DNA of 63,882 nucleotides, the filler included, from Polymyxa betae A26-41 (Eukaryota; Protista; Endomyxa: Phytomyxea): NCBI GenBank assembly GCA_003693705.1. It is 4 parts of 4 records of this genome, joined end to end, with 100 filler letters (N's around TTAATTAATTAA, not from the genome) between each part and the next. Parts side by side here need not be neighbours in the genome. Positions count along the whole stretch, not along the records: positions 43,671 to 58,821 come from RBZT01000862.1; positions 58,922 to 63,882 come from RBZT01000521.1; 2 more parts are not named here. The stretch is one strand, 5' to 3'. The number at the start of each line of letters is the position of its first letter. The first letter of the stretch is position 1. Positions 51,649-62,949 of this stretch are shown here, piece after piece. A program made the translations under genes and the position numbers. The notes under the pieces are model-generated. The model made no database searches. It was given only the letters and a program-made list of their open reading frames with translations, and was not told where the DNA came from.

Positions 51649-52531
51649 TTATGGCATTGGTGTAGGAGAAGGGACACGACATTCTGGACATGATAAGGTG
51701 AGATCACGAGCACGCATCCATTTATTTTTACAATCTTTATGTATGAAGTGACCACCACAAGGCATCTTACTGATTGAATCCAATCCAGTTTCATCACAGA
51801 ATAGACACGCAGTTTTCTATAAAACCATTTTGTCAGAACCGGGAAATATTCAGAACAAAAAGACCCAATGAGATTGTTAAAAAATTGGAAATGAAAGGGA
51901 GAAAACCAACTTTGGATTGTGATGATGTTACATGATCAGTCAATGTATCTAATTGAGAATTAGGTTGTTCTGTCATTGAGCTTGATGAAGGTAGTTCAAT
52001 ATTTGAAGGAGTTGTTTCTGTGACAGATATTGAAAGTTCATCTGTTGAGCAGGGTGATGAATGTTCAATATTTAGTTCCAGACAAACACAGCACAAATCA
52101 TGAATTCGATCATGAAACAACAACAAGATTTAACAGAGAGCAGAAAAAGAGTGAAAAAAAGACCTTAAAGCGATCAGATTCGGTGATAATCAGCTCAGGT
52201 GGTGGCAATACAGGGACGACATTATCAGGGATTGCGTCTTGAATGGCTTCCGCTGGGTTGGATCTTCGGGAGACCGATTCGAACAGAACATATAATCCCA
52301 ATACGAAGACAAATGGTGCGACCAATGCAAATGGAAGCCATGGAGCGGCAGGGTGAACGAGAGGAGACGGGGACGGACTTGAATCGTTCTCGAGCAGAAA
52401 GTGGCCTCTAAATATAGACCAATATCATCAGCTAATACATTGTAGAATCACAGATAGAATGAATACCTGGCTGATTGCAGAGAAAGCAGCTGAGCCAGTA
52501 CGGCGATGAAGACCAGAAGCAGACGATTCAT
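51649..52531 (-). CDS. Signal peptide + TM + RING-H2 E3 ubiquitin ligase
   Basis: MNRLLLVFIAVLAQLLSLQSA signal and TM LPFALVAPFVFVLGLYVLF. Last exon KTACLFCDETGLDSISKMPCGGHFIHKDCKNKWMRARDLTLSCPECRVP is a C3H2C3 RING. Confidence 0.85.
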
Positions 52532-52943
52532 TTCAGCCGTCAGAATCGAATTCAGAATGACACCTGGAGGAAGGCCAATTGGCGGACTGCGGGAAGTAAG
52601 TGAAGTGAATGTGAAGTCGCACGGCAGGGATTGTCGTTCAATGACCAACAGCACGGGTCGTCGTACAGGCCCTCGCTGTTCGTCATGGCATCAGTACCCC
52701 ATCTGCATTCGGTTTAAAACCGGAGAGGATTGTCACTTTTGAATTCGATGGCTCATCTTATATCAGCGAGATGATAGCTTTTGGATTGACATATCCAAAT
52801 GGGGAGCTGTCCCATGTCTTGTATTCATCGCCTTTAAGCTGCTCTGAAATTACCGTTGCAGAATTGTTATTGCAGAATCTGAGATCATTTCATCTCGAAG
52901 TAGCGAGTACGCAGGCAGTTGCTGATATAAAGCGAACGCAACC

Positions 52944-53782
52944 TTGCGCCAGGCTTAGAGTCATCGCCCGGGGAGCAGCCTTCCAATAAGGTTGCGCCAG
53001 GCTTAGAGTCATCGCCCGGGGAGCAGCCTTCCAGTAAGGTTGCGCCAGGCTTAGAGTCATCAACCGGGGAGCAGCCTTCCTATAAGGTTGCGCCAGGCAT
53101 AGAGCAAGACTGAAAAAATCCCTGGTTTTGGGAAATTAAAAATACGGTTTTTGGTTTTTTGTTAAAAAAACCTCAAAAAAACCCAAGATTTAAAAGGTTT
53201 TATTCGTCAAGCTCATCTTCTGTACACTAAACCAGTCCGGACGTTCGTTGTCAGGCATGGAAGACATTAGTTTGTGGAATTTTGAACATTTTAACAAATG
53301 TCTTTGAGCCGATTCAGATTTTTGTGATGAAAGATTGATTCTTTGCAGTGCCGGCATGTCGCAGACTTCTGAATTTGGGGATTGGGGTCATCAGTGAATA
53401 ACCCCCATATTGCTGAGGCACTACGCCCCGATCTTTTGCGCAACAATTTGGGATTATTATCATCTGCGCTCGCAAGAGCAGAACAGCAATCGTCAGTCTG
53501 GGATTGCGGTGACAGTTCTATGACATCGCAATCAACCGGTTCAGCACCCATATTGTCCATGCACGCAAATGGGTAGACGGGTCAAGACTCAAGCGACAGT
53601 TCCAGCCCTGGACAATGGCTGGGGAAAGAAGAAAACCCCGGACTGCGCAATGCGTAAGCAAAAAACCATAAAAAACCCGGATTTGGACCTGGATAAAAAA
53701 GAAGGTTATTTTATTAAAACCCTATCAAACCGAACCTTTAAAAACCCCGTGGTGAGTCATCAACCGGGGAGCAGCCTTCCTA
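52944..53782 (+). repeat. 48-bp tandem array (units start 52944, 52992, 53040, 53088) interrupted at about 53105 and resuming at 53754
   Basis: Unit TTGCGCCAGGCTTAGAGTCATCGCCCGGGGAGCAGCCTTCCAATAAGG, near-identical copies. Confidence 0.9.
53105..53753 (-). mobile_element. Internally deleted hAT-like element (BED zinc finger)
   Basis: RSASAIWGLF...SATCRHCKESI BED finger and AAAACC/GGTTTT subterminal motifs at both ends. It is inserted in the 48-bp array. Confidence 0.6.
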
Positions 53783-53890
53783 CATTGTGAACCCTTCTGT
53801 GTCCTGTACAGTATCTGGTTTCTGGAGAGCGATCGGCCGAGCGCCTCGGCCCAGGCAGCCGACCTTACATCCCCCGGGTTCGACAATAGA

Positions 53891-56556
53891 TCAATGAATG
53901 CAGCCTTTTTGTCGAAAAGGCGGATGATGGTGGCAGAGAATGTTGAATTTATTGCCTTCGAATTCTCGAATTCGCGTCAGTTTTTGTTTAGTGGGATGGC
54001 ATAGACAAATATCAACCATAACAGGACGCTGAGGCTGGACCCCTGTGGGATGCCATTTTTCTTGTTGTTCTGTGCTGTGTGTCCTCTGTATGATACAGTG
54101 AAAGCTCGAAGTGTCAACCATTGGTAAACAGTATTGATGATACGCCAGTTTCAGTTACGAGAACTCTGATAAAAACTTCGGCTAGGACCGGACACCGTTT
54201 GTTCCTCTTCTAAAATCAAATACCTCCCTGACTTTATCAAACTTCTTGGGTTTTCTAGATCAAACCGGGCCCAGATAATGAAATTTGCAGTTGAATGAAT
54301 GATAATTTGATTAATATATCTCATTTTCAGACTTGGAAACAGAATTTCATGCACTAACGTATTGTTCTATTTGCAGAAAGGAATTCGTTGATTTCGCTTT
54401 TGTCTATAACATTCTCTTTGGATTGATGGTTCCATCTCTCAATTTTGAACACATTGGAAGGAGATGCAGCATTATGCACAAGTAGAGCTGAGTCAAATTC
54501 AACAATCTTTTACTGATTAATTACTCTTGTTAGCATCTACAGCAGATAGAGCAGGACATTGTCCAGTATGTCCAGGACAGTAATTCTGTTGAAATTGATA
54601 ATGATCAATAGAATGTCCAAATATATGAGAGAAATAATTGACATCCTTATTACGATGATGTTCAAGACAGTAGAATATTGGATTTAGAGAATCTCCGAGA
54701 TATTCACTCAGATCAGATGATGGATTCAAATTGTGCTCCTTCATGTTATTATTCATTAGCTGAATACATTCCAACATGAGCTTCTGTAATATATTCAACA
54801 GAAATACCAAATAAATTCGAACACAGTAATACCGTCTCAATTCCTTTCATAGAATATCTCAATAGACAATGAACACGATTTTCTCTATCACAAACTAGTT
54901 GTGATTTGATCGAGTATTCCTTATTGTCACTGACAATGAGAGTCTCAAATCCGCACTGTTTACTCTTGCCTTTGTAACTAGAGCAACGCGTGTAAAAACG
55001 ACTATGAGAAAGCGGATTTCCCCATCGAGATTGAAAATCCGAAGATCGTTCTGACAGCATATTGTAACACAAGAAAGTACTGGGTAACATGTTCGATATA
55101 GCCAGTGGTCACATCCTTCACGTCTCATGTTCAATTTCGGGTCGGCAATCTTGGCCCGAACTATTCTTAGACATAAACTGGCCACCAATATCAACTTTTC
55201 TAACGTGGTCTCCGAAGTTGAGATTTCCGAGGGTTCCGTCAATATGAGCTGATAATCGAGAACTTCGATAATAATCGGGTCTTTTGCAACTTGAAATTTG
55301 CCTTTCGGTTTCCTCAATATATTTGTATCAGTAAGGAACGCGTACTCGTCATCATCAGGCTGATTTTTCTGAATTACAGTTTCAGTGTGAGATTCCGAAT
55401 TCAATATGAATAAATCTCACCAGAAAAGCACACAGAGTATTGTAATCTGTGATCTTCTCGACATTAAAATCAAACAAGTTCAGAAATTGGGGCACAGCGG
55501 TAAACAATGGCAGAATGAGTTGCTTTGGTGGTGAGCTAAATTTCATCCGTTTGAAGGACGGATTCTCGTTATCAGGAGGGATGGAAAAACTATCTCGGAC
55601 CTGATTCATAGACTGATTGGTAGTTAACAGTTTAGATCGGCATTCATCTCCGGAACATTCTTCATGGAATGTCTGATGATGGAAGCGATTTCCCCAGACT
55701 GTCTGAAATCTCCGGAGATCTTTCTGACAGCATTGCATGACACATCGTAGTACAGGACGACACACTTGATACATCCAATGCCGTATTTTCCCATCATTTT
55801 TCCAAGACCATTCATATCTCCGGGAGGCCCAGATCAATTTCCGATACAGATTCGCAATCAGAATCAGCTTTTGTAAGGTGACCTTAGCAGAGCGGATTCG
55901 TTTGATTTCGTTCACATCCAGATCATGTCCTTTCACATTGATAACCAATTGAAAGTTAATCGATGAGTTTTGAGCTGCACCAGAAGACAGAGAATGAAGT
56001 TCTTCATCATTCGGATCTTTGATCTAATCTACAGTCAATATACAGAGGAGAAAAAGTTCATCAAAATTCACCAGAAATTTGCAGAGACTGTTATAGTCAT
56101 TGATATCAGTAATTTCATGATTGAAGGAACATGAAAGGTCGGTTGACGATGATATCTGGTCACGAGGACGCTTCCGGGAGATGGTTTCCGTTGGTTCATT
56201 ATTCTGATATGAAAACCTCAGCAATTTCTAACACATGAAACTTGATAAGGAAACATTACATTGATTGATTCCTGAATAGGAGGTAATGCCGGAACAATAT
56301 CTGTATGGTGTGATAAAGATGTTGATGTTGATAGAAGATCAGGTAGAAGAGGGGCGGCCTCTTCCTGAAACAGGAGGTCGGGAGGATAGAGACTCACATT
56401 GAGATCGGGAGGATAGACACTGATATTGAGATCGAAAGGAAAGACTCTATCAGGAGTCTTTTCGAGAGCGCCTGTAACATTACAAGGCTCAATACTGAAT
56501 GCAGCGAAGCATTCAGATAGGTTCAGTATCAGGAAGGGAATCGCTCGGGCAAACAT
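53891..56556 (-). CDS. Secreted protein with tandem Cys-rich repeat domains and basic NLS-like motifs (candidate effector)
   Basis: Signal peptide MFARAIPFLILNLSECFA. Duplicated modules D(IND)YN(S/T)LC.FLV and TL(Q/E)KLIL.A.L...HW.Y..C.PVL.CV..CCQ.DLR.FQ..WGN. The 3' end is approximate. Confidence 0.65.
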
Positions 56557-57226
56557 TATCAGGCAAGAGAGAGAGTTCGGAGTTGCGAAATTTCCGCGAA
56601 AACGATTCTGCACGCAGTTTTTGCTGTATTAGAATCAGATTTAACAGGGCAGATAGTTTGACAATCTCGAAAATGGTCTCACAGTTGATTAAAAGAAACG
56701 ACATTCAGGTGATAAAAGCAAAAACTGTGTAAAGTACGGCCACAAACTCCAGGGCCTCTGTACAGAAGTTTGGGCGTCATTCCGCTCGACGCATGTTCAG
56801 ATCGTGTTGAAGCCGTACACAGAGGCCCAGTGTTTTGGTTGCCACAATTTCGTGTCAACAGCAGGCGCCATTTTTCGAAGCAACTTTGCAGCAGAATTTG
56901 AAATTTGCATTCGGAAGAAAGTACAGTATTACATTATTATAATAATCCCCTAAAAAAGCCCCAAAAAACACCGCGATAAAAGCCGGCCATTTAGCGTGCG
57001 CAGATTCATTCACAGTGTTTCATAAATTTCTAAGCTCGGGAGATTTAGCTAAATCCGTCGCCAACAGACTGGGTCGTCAGGTCGTGCGACCCATAATTGG
57101 GAAGGGTGAAATATCGGCAAATTATTGAATGACGCAGTTTATCGATTCGTCACGGACTTGCAGTTTGTTGCCCCCTTTTTATTGACAAAATCGGAATCCA
57201 TCCTCGTTAGATTTCTGGCTCTGTCA

Positions 57227-58821
57227 ATGTCGAGGTTCTGGGTCCTGGCTTCGTTACTCAGTGTAACGATCACATCGGCGGCCTCCACTCCACGGGTTCT
57301 GTTACAGGTAACGTTACCTACTACTATGAATCCGCTCAATTCAACCCGAGTTAGGACGATTGTCCCGGTCTAGATCACGATACACTTCTCAAACCTACGC
57401 AGAATGGTAACATGAACTCCATGCTGTGTTACCATGAAACGTATCAATGACGTTACCAATAGGTGCTTGCATCGATTTCAATGAAATTCTGGAAGATCTG
57501 CAACAATATCGTACCTCCCCGTGTATCACTGATACGATATCTTCGCATCTGATCAAGAGATGTAACATTATTCTCACCGAGGAAGTCCGCGTCGATGAAA
57601 CTCTTCAGAATTTCACGCTACATTGTGAGAAATCGCTTCATCATATGTCCGTTCACCTCCTGGGAACGTTCTGCATCTCGCACGAGTTCGATCTATTTCC
57701 GCATCTGCGCCAATGCCGACAGCAGATCGGGACGTACTGGACCACGCTGGAGAAACAGATTCAACAGCGCGCCAGTGACACTAGAATAATGTTACTGAAT
57801 GAGACGGATCAGTTTCTGTATGATCTTATATCTGATGAAGATGGATCTGTATTAACATTCACCACATATTGGATAATAAGTGATAAACTCCATCTGGAGC
57901 TCAGTAGGAAGATCTCCGAACTACAATCAGATCTTGTTATGCAGACTGTTCGTATCGAAAAGGAGAGATCTCGCGACACTTTCCGCCTGATTGACACGAA
58001 ATTATGGGACAATTTCGGAGAATTCCGTTCCGATTGAGTACGTCTTGTCGTTTTTTATGTTGCCAAGATTGATATTCGTTCTTGTCAGGTGAAACGTTTC
58101 ACGACCCTTCTTTTCCCACAATCCTGTAGATACAGAAGATGACTTCATGAGCGGTTTCATATCTGAATTGCTGAACGTCAAATATTATGGTAATGACGAT
58201 GATAGGAGATCTTCACGTCATTCTCCGCCACAATCTGTAACGGAACTCGACAAGTCCGAGACTGTCGTGAACCACTCGTCTAACGATAATGAGCCAATCA
58301 ATCCTGCTGCTTCATTTCATCATACTGAATCTTTATCTCATGACGTCGGATATGATACTCCGGATATTCTGCCATCTGCTATGAATATGGAGGCTGAGAA
58401 TTCGATGAATGCAGATCTGAGACTGCTGATGGTCTGATAACGCTTGACCATGATGTTCCTTCACCATCAACTGGACATGTAACAGTATCTGTTACAGACT
58501 CTCCATCATTCGTTACGGCAACAACAGATCCGCACACAGATAACGAACCTCGGCTTAAGAATCACGAACCAGCTGCTGACGGATCTTCCAATGGTGTTAC
58601 ATCATGTCCTGATGAAAGTACAGCAACGTTACCATGTGATGGCTTGACATCCACAACTGATTATGTTACTCCGCCATTTCTGTTACCTGATCCGTCCGTC
58701 CAGCAATGCACTCCGCAACTTGAAGAGCCGTCTGCGACCGAATTACGGATGAAATCTGTTACAAACTCGGAGCTGATCAAGTCCGCAGCCGACTTCGTGT
58801 GTCAAGATGATACACCCACGG
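57227..58821 (+). CDS. Secreted protein (candidate effector), truncated by contig end
   Basis: Signal peptide MSRFWVLASLLSVTITSA, helical exon 57447..58037, then Ser/Thr/Asp-rich tail. Confidence 0.6.
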
Positions 58822-58921
58822 NNNNNNNNNNNNNNNNNNNNNNNNNNNNNNNNNNNNNNNNNNNNTTAATTAATTAANNNNNNNNNNNNNNNNNNNNNNN
58901 NNNNNNNNNNNNNNNNNNNNN
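58822..58921. other. Artificial contig spacer
   Basis: N + TTAATTAATTAA + N. Confidence 0.98.
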
Positions 58922-58946
58922 CTGGTCAAGTTCTTTCCGCAGCGGA

Positions 58947-58984
58947 GGGGTTTAGGGTTAGGGGTAGGGCTAGGGTTAGGGTTG
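58947..58984 (+). repeat. Degenerate interstitial telomere-like array
   Basis: GGGGTTTAGGGTTAGGGGTAGGGCTAGGGTTAGGGTTG. Confidence 0.8.
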
Positions 58985-59998
58985 TAGCGTAGACTTGAGT
59001 TAGTACGGCTACAGAACGTTCTGTGTCGTTTGTCTCCTACGTGAACAAAGGCTTTACAATTGAGAGCACAATTGAATTATGATTTATTTGCAAGGATTCC
59101 AGGCCCCAAGGTCTCGTCCAGGCCGGCCGGGTAGTTTCGGACTCACGGAGGCCGGAAGGTGACACTACGGTGACTCACGCAGTTTCCGCCGCCACTGGGC
59201 CCCCAGTGGCGATTTGGCCCTTTGGGTGTCTTTCACAGTGGCCCTAGGGTTTTCCACGGACTCGTTCCGATGGATTAATATACTGGATCAATCAGTGACA
59301 TCGATTGTCTCAGTTTGTCTATTTGTCTCTAATGTGAGACAACCATACTACACACCTGGATGATATTCTTTGATGACCTTGGTCAAGGCCGGGGTGTGAG
59401 TGATTTCGAGCCAGTGTTCTGAGAGCAATAACGATTTCTTCGGGGGCATGATTGACATGTGTTATGGCCCAACAATTGGACGAGTGACAGCCGTCAGGAC
59501 AATCGAATCAAGAAACGAGGCAGCCGCAGCACATTTCACACACGAATGGCGAGCACTACTTCATGATGTACAGTCCAGTGAGCTGGAGCTAAACATAAAT
59601 TTGGAATGCCCGCTCAAAAATCTGCGCAACCTCTACAAATCGTTTCATCCTTTGCACCGTATGGGCAATTTACGTAAAGGATTTGGATTTATATTTTGCG
59701 ACGCTTTGCGCGGTGTCATTTTATTCTGCGCTCTGTTTGCGTTTTAAGCGTTGGCTTTGCACGATAATTTGTGGTCGCGATTCGCTCAGTTTTTATTGGA
59801 TTGCTCAGATTTTTGGAAACTTTGCACTGCCATGTCTAAATTTTGGAGCGCAGTCATCGTGAAATGCCTAGAGCTGCTCGCATAACGGTAAAGTGCGAAA
59901 AACCCACAAAAAATTACAGATTTTGCATTCCTTTGCCTCAATTGAGCAAAATGCCCCAAATTTTTTGACTGTGGCATTCCTAGCTGCTGCAATCGCCC

Positions 59999-61002
59999 AT
60001 GTCTGCTAACTCTCGAAGGTTTATGGAAGGAACAGTATCGCTCTTGGGACCGGCGACGGACACAGAGACACGGCATAAGCGATTTCGCACCCTCTTTGGT
60101 GTTTCATTTCAGATCATGATTTCACTCTGGGAGCTTCAACAGCTTAACGCCCCATCACAGTTTCATAGGGAGCATCTACTATAGGGGCAGTTTTTCCTTA
60201 AAGTATATCCAGCAGAGACTGTAGCGACCTGTGCTTTTCAAGACAACAGAAAATACGTGGCGGAAATGGGTCACATTGTTGTTCAAGCTATCTCTGATTG
60301 AATTGGTACGTACAATAAACAATTTCAGAGTTAAAATTTGAATCGAAAATGGAGCCATGATGCAGATCATAGAGAATTTAGATTACAATAATTTGGATCC
60401 ATGCCCGGTTAAATTACTGATTTTTGTTGACAGATTTTCTGGGATGACAGCTTTGAGGATTGGGACTGCATTCAACCATGCTGTTATGTCCACGAAGTTG
60501 ATTTCGATGTTTTCGAACAAACTTGTTTCGACAAAGGATGATTTCTCTCGCAAAATGGAGCATGCCGCACTGCGTTATGAAGTGGCAACCGGTTTAGGAT
60601 GCTCAAAAATCGTGCATATTGCAGGTGGCCTTCCCGCCGGTCTGTGGCCTGATTTGAAACTAGCACAGCATCATATCATCAGTCGTATGCTGGATGATGA
60701 AATGGCTTGTGCAGATATAGGTTACCGAGATGGTCGTGCTCGAATGATGACACCTTTCCGAAACCCTAACCCTTCTGAAATACAAAATTAACATCGAAAT
60801 GCATGTGATTGCAGCTCGACATGAAACAGTGTATTCCCGATTGAAGACGTTTGGCTGTCTTGGTGTGAAGTATTTTCGGCCTGGGCGCGAAATTAATCCG
60901 ATTGTTTTTACCGCCTGTGCCAACCTCCTTAAGCTGCTGTTGGCAGAGGAGCCTCTTTTTGACTGGCGTGATTCTGTTGCAAAGTTCAAAAATAACAATT
61001 AG
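59999..61002 (+). pseudogene. PIF/Harbinger-superfamily transposase, disrupted
   Basis: RFRTLFGVS, FLKVYP, LRYEVATG...IVHIAGGLPAGLWPDL, CADIGYRD and AARHETVYSRLKTFGCL. Confidence 0.8.
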
Positions 61003-61449
61003 AAACCAGCCCTTTAGTCATTGGAATACAGAAAAAATGGTGCCTGATGTATTTTGTGGAAATTACAGGAGCCTCCTGGAAGCTGCGGGCATGAATGTTC
61101 TCGCGAATCAAACCTCTGGACAGGAGATGAACAAACCATGTTTAGCATATACCACTGGGAGTTTTTCACTAACTTATGAGATTTTATGTATGATTGGATT
61201 ATTCCTCAGATCTGTTCAAACCATTACTTTTGATATACATGTATTTGAACTGCTTACTTTCCGGATGGCGTGGTTTTTTCCGATCGGATAAAGTTTTTCT
61301 TCTTCCTGTATTCAACGCCCACGGCAGCTCTGTAGGGAATTCGAGAACCGCAGCACAGTGACATTGCACATATTAAACTCCTCCTCGCAGATATTTTTGT
61401 TCAGTACTGAGCTCATAGGAGAGGGTTGATACTTTGATTAGAATTTTAC

Positions 61450-62134
61450 TGATTAGCCAAGCTCGCGATCCTATGCTTGACGACAAGGTTACCGGTTTCG
61501 TACAGAACCTGCTCTGGCAAGACCAGACCAACGAAATTATCAAGCAGTCGCTTGCTCAAGATTTGGGGATAAATATCTCCCTGAGAACGCTACAGAGATG
61601 GATCAAACGGGTGCTCTAATCAGTTCGGCTCCAACGACGGCATTGGATCGGAGCGTAAAATGGATAGAGGATGTTAAAACCATTATTGAGTGCGACATCA
61701 ATATCACAGACGTTCGGTATCACATCAGAAAGTATTAAAAAGAAAACATCAGCCAAGGACTCTAGAGGGAGTAATGCAGGCATCCCTCGAGATTAGTTTT
61801 GTTTTAGTTCAAACTGATCTTCGTACAAGATGCAGGCGTCCGCTGTCATCAATTCGTGCCGCAACATTTTGTGGAAACCTTGGTGCGATTCGAGTCGCAA
61901 GATGATGGGTAAGCACTGGGTTGTCGGGGCATGGCTCGGCATATTCGAGAGGAATACGACGTCCAGGTGACTCGGGATGCAGTATCCGCAGCACAACGGA
62001 AGCTCCTACCAGATACTGTCAACGCAAGCAAGAAGCAACGAATTTCACGTCGACAGAAGGCATATTGGCAATTCGATCAAAACGACAAGTTTCGGCAATT
62101 CGGGCTTGAGAACCGGGTTCAAGTAGAAAAATAA
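61450..62134 (+). mobile_element. Fragment of eukaryotic integrase-core (rve-like) transposase
   Basis: HTH GINISLRTLQR, then MARHIREEYDVQVTRDAV...RRQKAYWQFDQNDKFRQFG, paralleling the GYR...RR.Y..PN..WH.D..DKL..FG family. Confidence 0.6.
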
Positions 62135-62299
62135 CCCGAACGAATAGCGTAAATAAAAGACAATGTGGCAGCAAGTAGCGGGACGCGCAATTCCGGTCCC
62201 GCAATTTGTGGAGGCCGCGCAGAAGGCTGCGCTCATTGGTCAAAGGCTGCGCCGACCTGACCATTAATTACAGCGCTGGACCTGACTACAGATGCTGAA

Positions 62300-62948
62300 A
62301 TGACGGATGTTGACGGCGCCCCTGCTGATGCTGCTTTGTCGGCGGTAACACCAACGCCAGAAAAACGTGGCAGGAAACCTAAAGGCGACTCGTGCCGCAT
62401 CGAAGTGCGCTGGAGTAACGAAATGGTCGAGGCTTTAATGAAGGCGAGATTCAAGGACTACGATGATCGTTTACGAGATGCCAAGCATTCTCGCAAAATA
62501 TCGGAAGGCTGGTCTAAGGTTGCCTACAGAGTCTTGGTAACTTGCAATACGGTTGTCGATGGCGATCGATGTCGACAGCAGTTTGGAAGGCTGCAGAAAA
62601 AGTGGCGCGACCATAAACCAGATAGAAAGGAGTCCACAAAAACTGGGAATCAAGATCCTGGCGACGACGTAAAAGATGAGAAGTCTGCTATAATCCTACA
62701 CTACTTTTCTAAAAAACCAGGGTGTGGATCTTCTTTGGGAGAAGCGACAAGCGACTGACAATGTTCACGAAGAATCTGAGCAGGTCGCAGAAAGTCTCTC
62801 CTTTAGTTCCTGCGATGAAGCCGAAAAACAAGTGAAAAAGCTGAAATTTGATCAAAAACCGAGAAAGCCAGTGAGGCCAGGTGAAGGCATCGCGATATTG
62901 GGCAAGTCTTTTGATGGAGATTTCGCTCTTCAACTCAGCGTCGAGTAA
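62300..62948 (+). CDS. Myb/SANT-like (Harbinger accessory-type) protein
   Basis: RWSNEMVEALM...GWSKVA...CRQQFGRLQKKW trihelix tryptophan pattern. Confidence 0.7.
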
Positions 62949-62949
62949 A

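Noticed and set aside
52944-53104. 48-bp repeats as a CRISPR array or SRP-like RNA
   Set aside because: Head-to-tail units with no unique spacers, no cas genes and a eukaryotic context. The resemblance to SRP (GAGCAGCC) is only a few bases.
1060-55040. Frameshifts in BTB, ankyrin, SET and Cys-repeat genes as pseudogenisation or programmed frameshifting
   Set aside because: Those examined (about 1062, 12090, 13233, 38350, 55035) are each repaired by adding one base to a homopolymer, the signature of sequencing under-calls.
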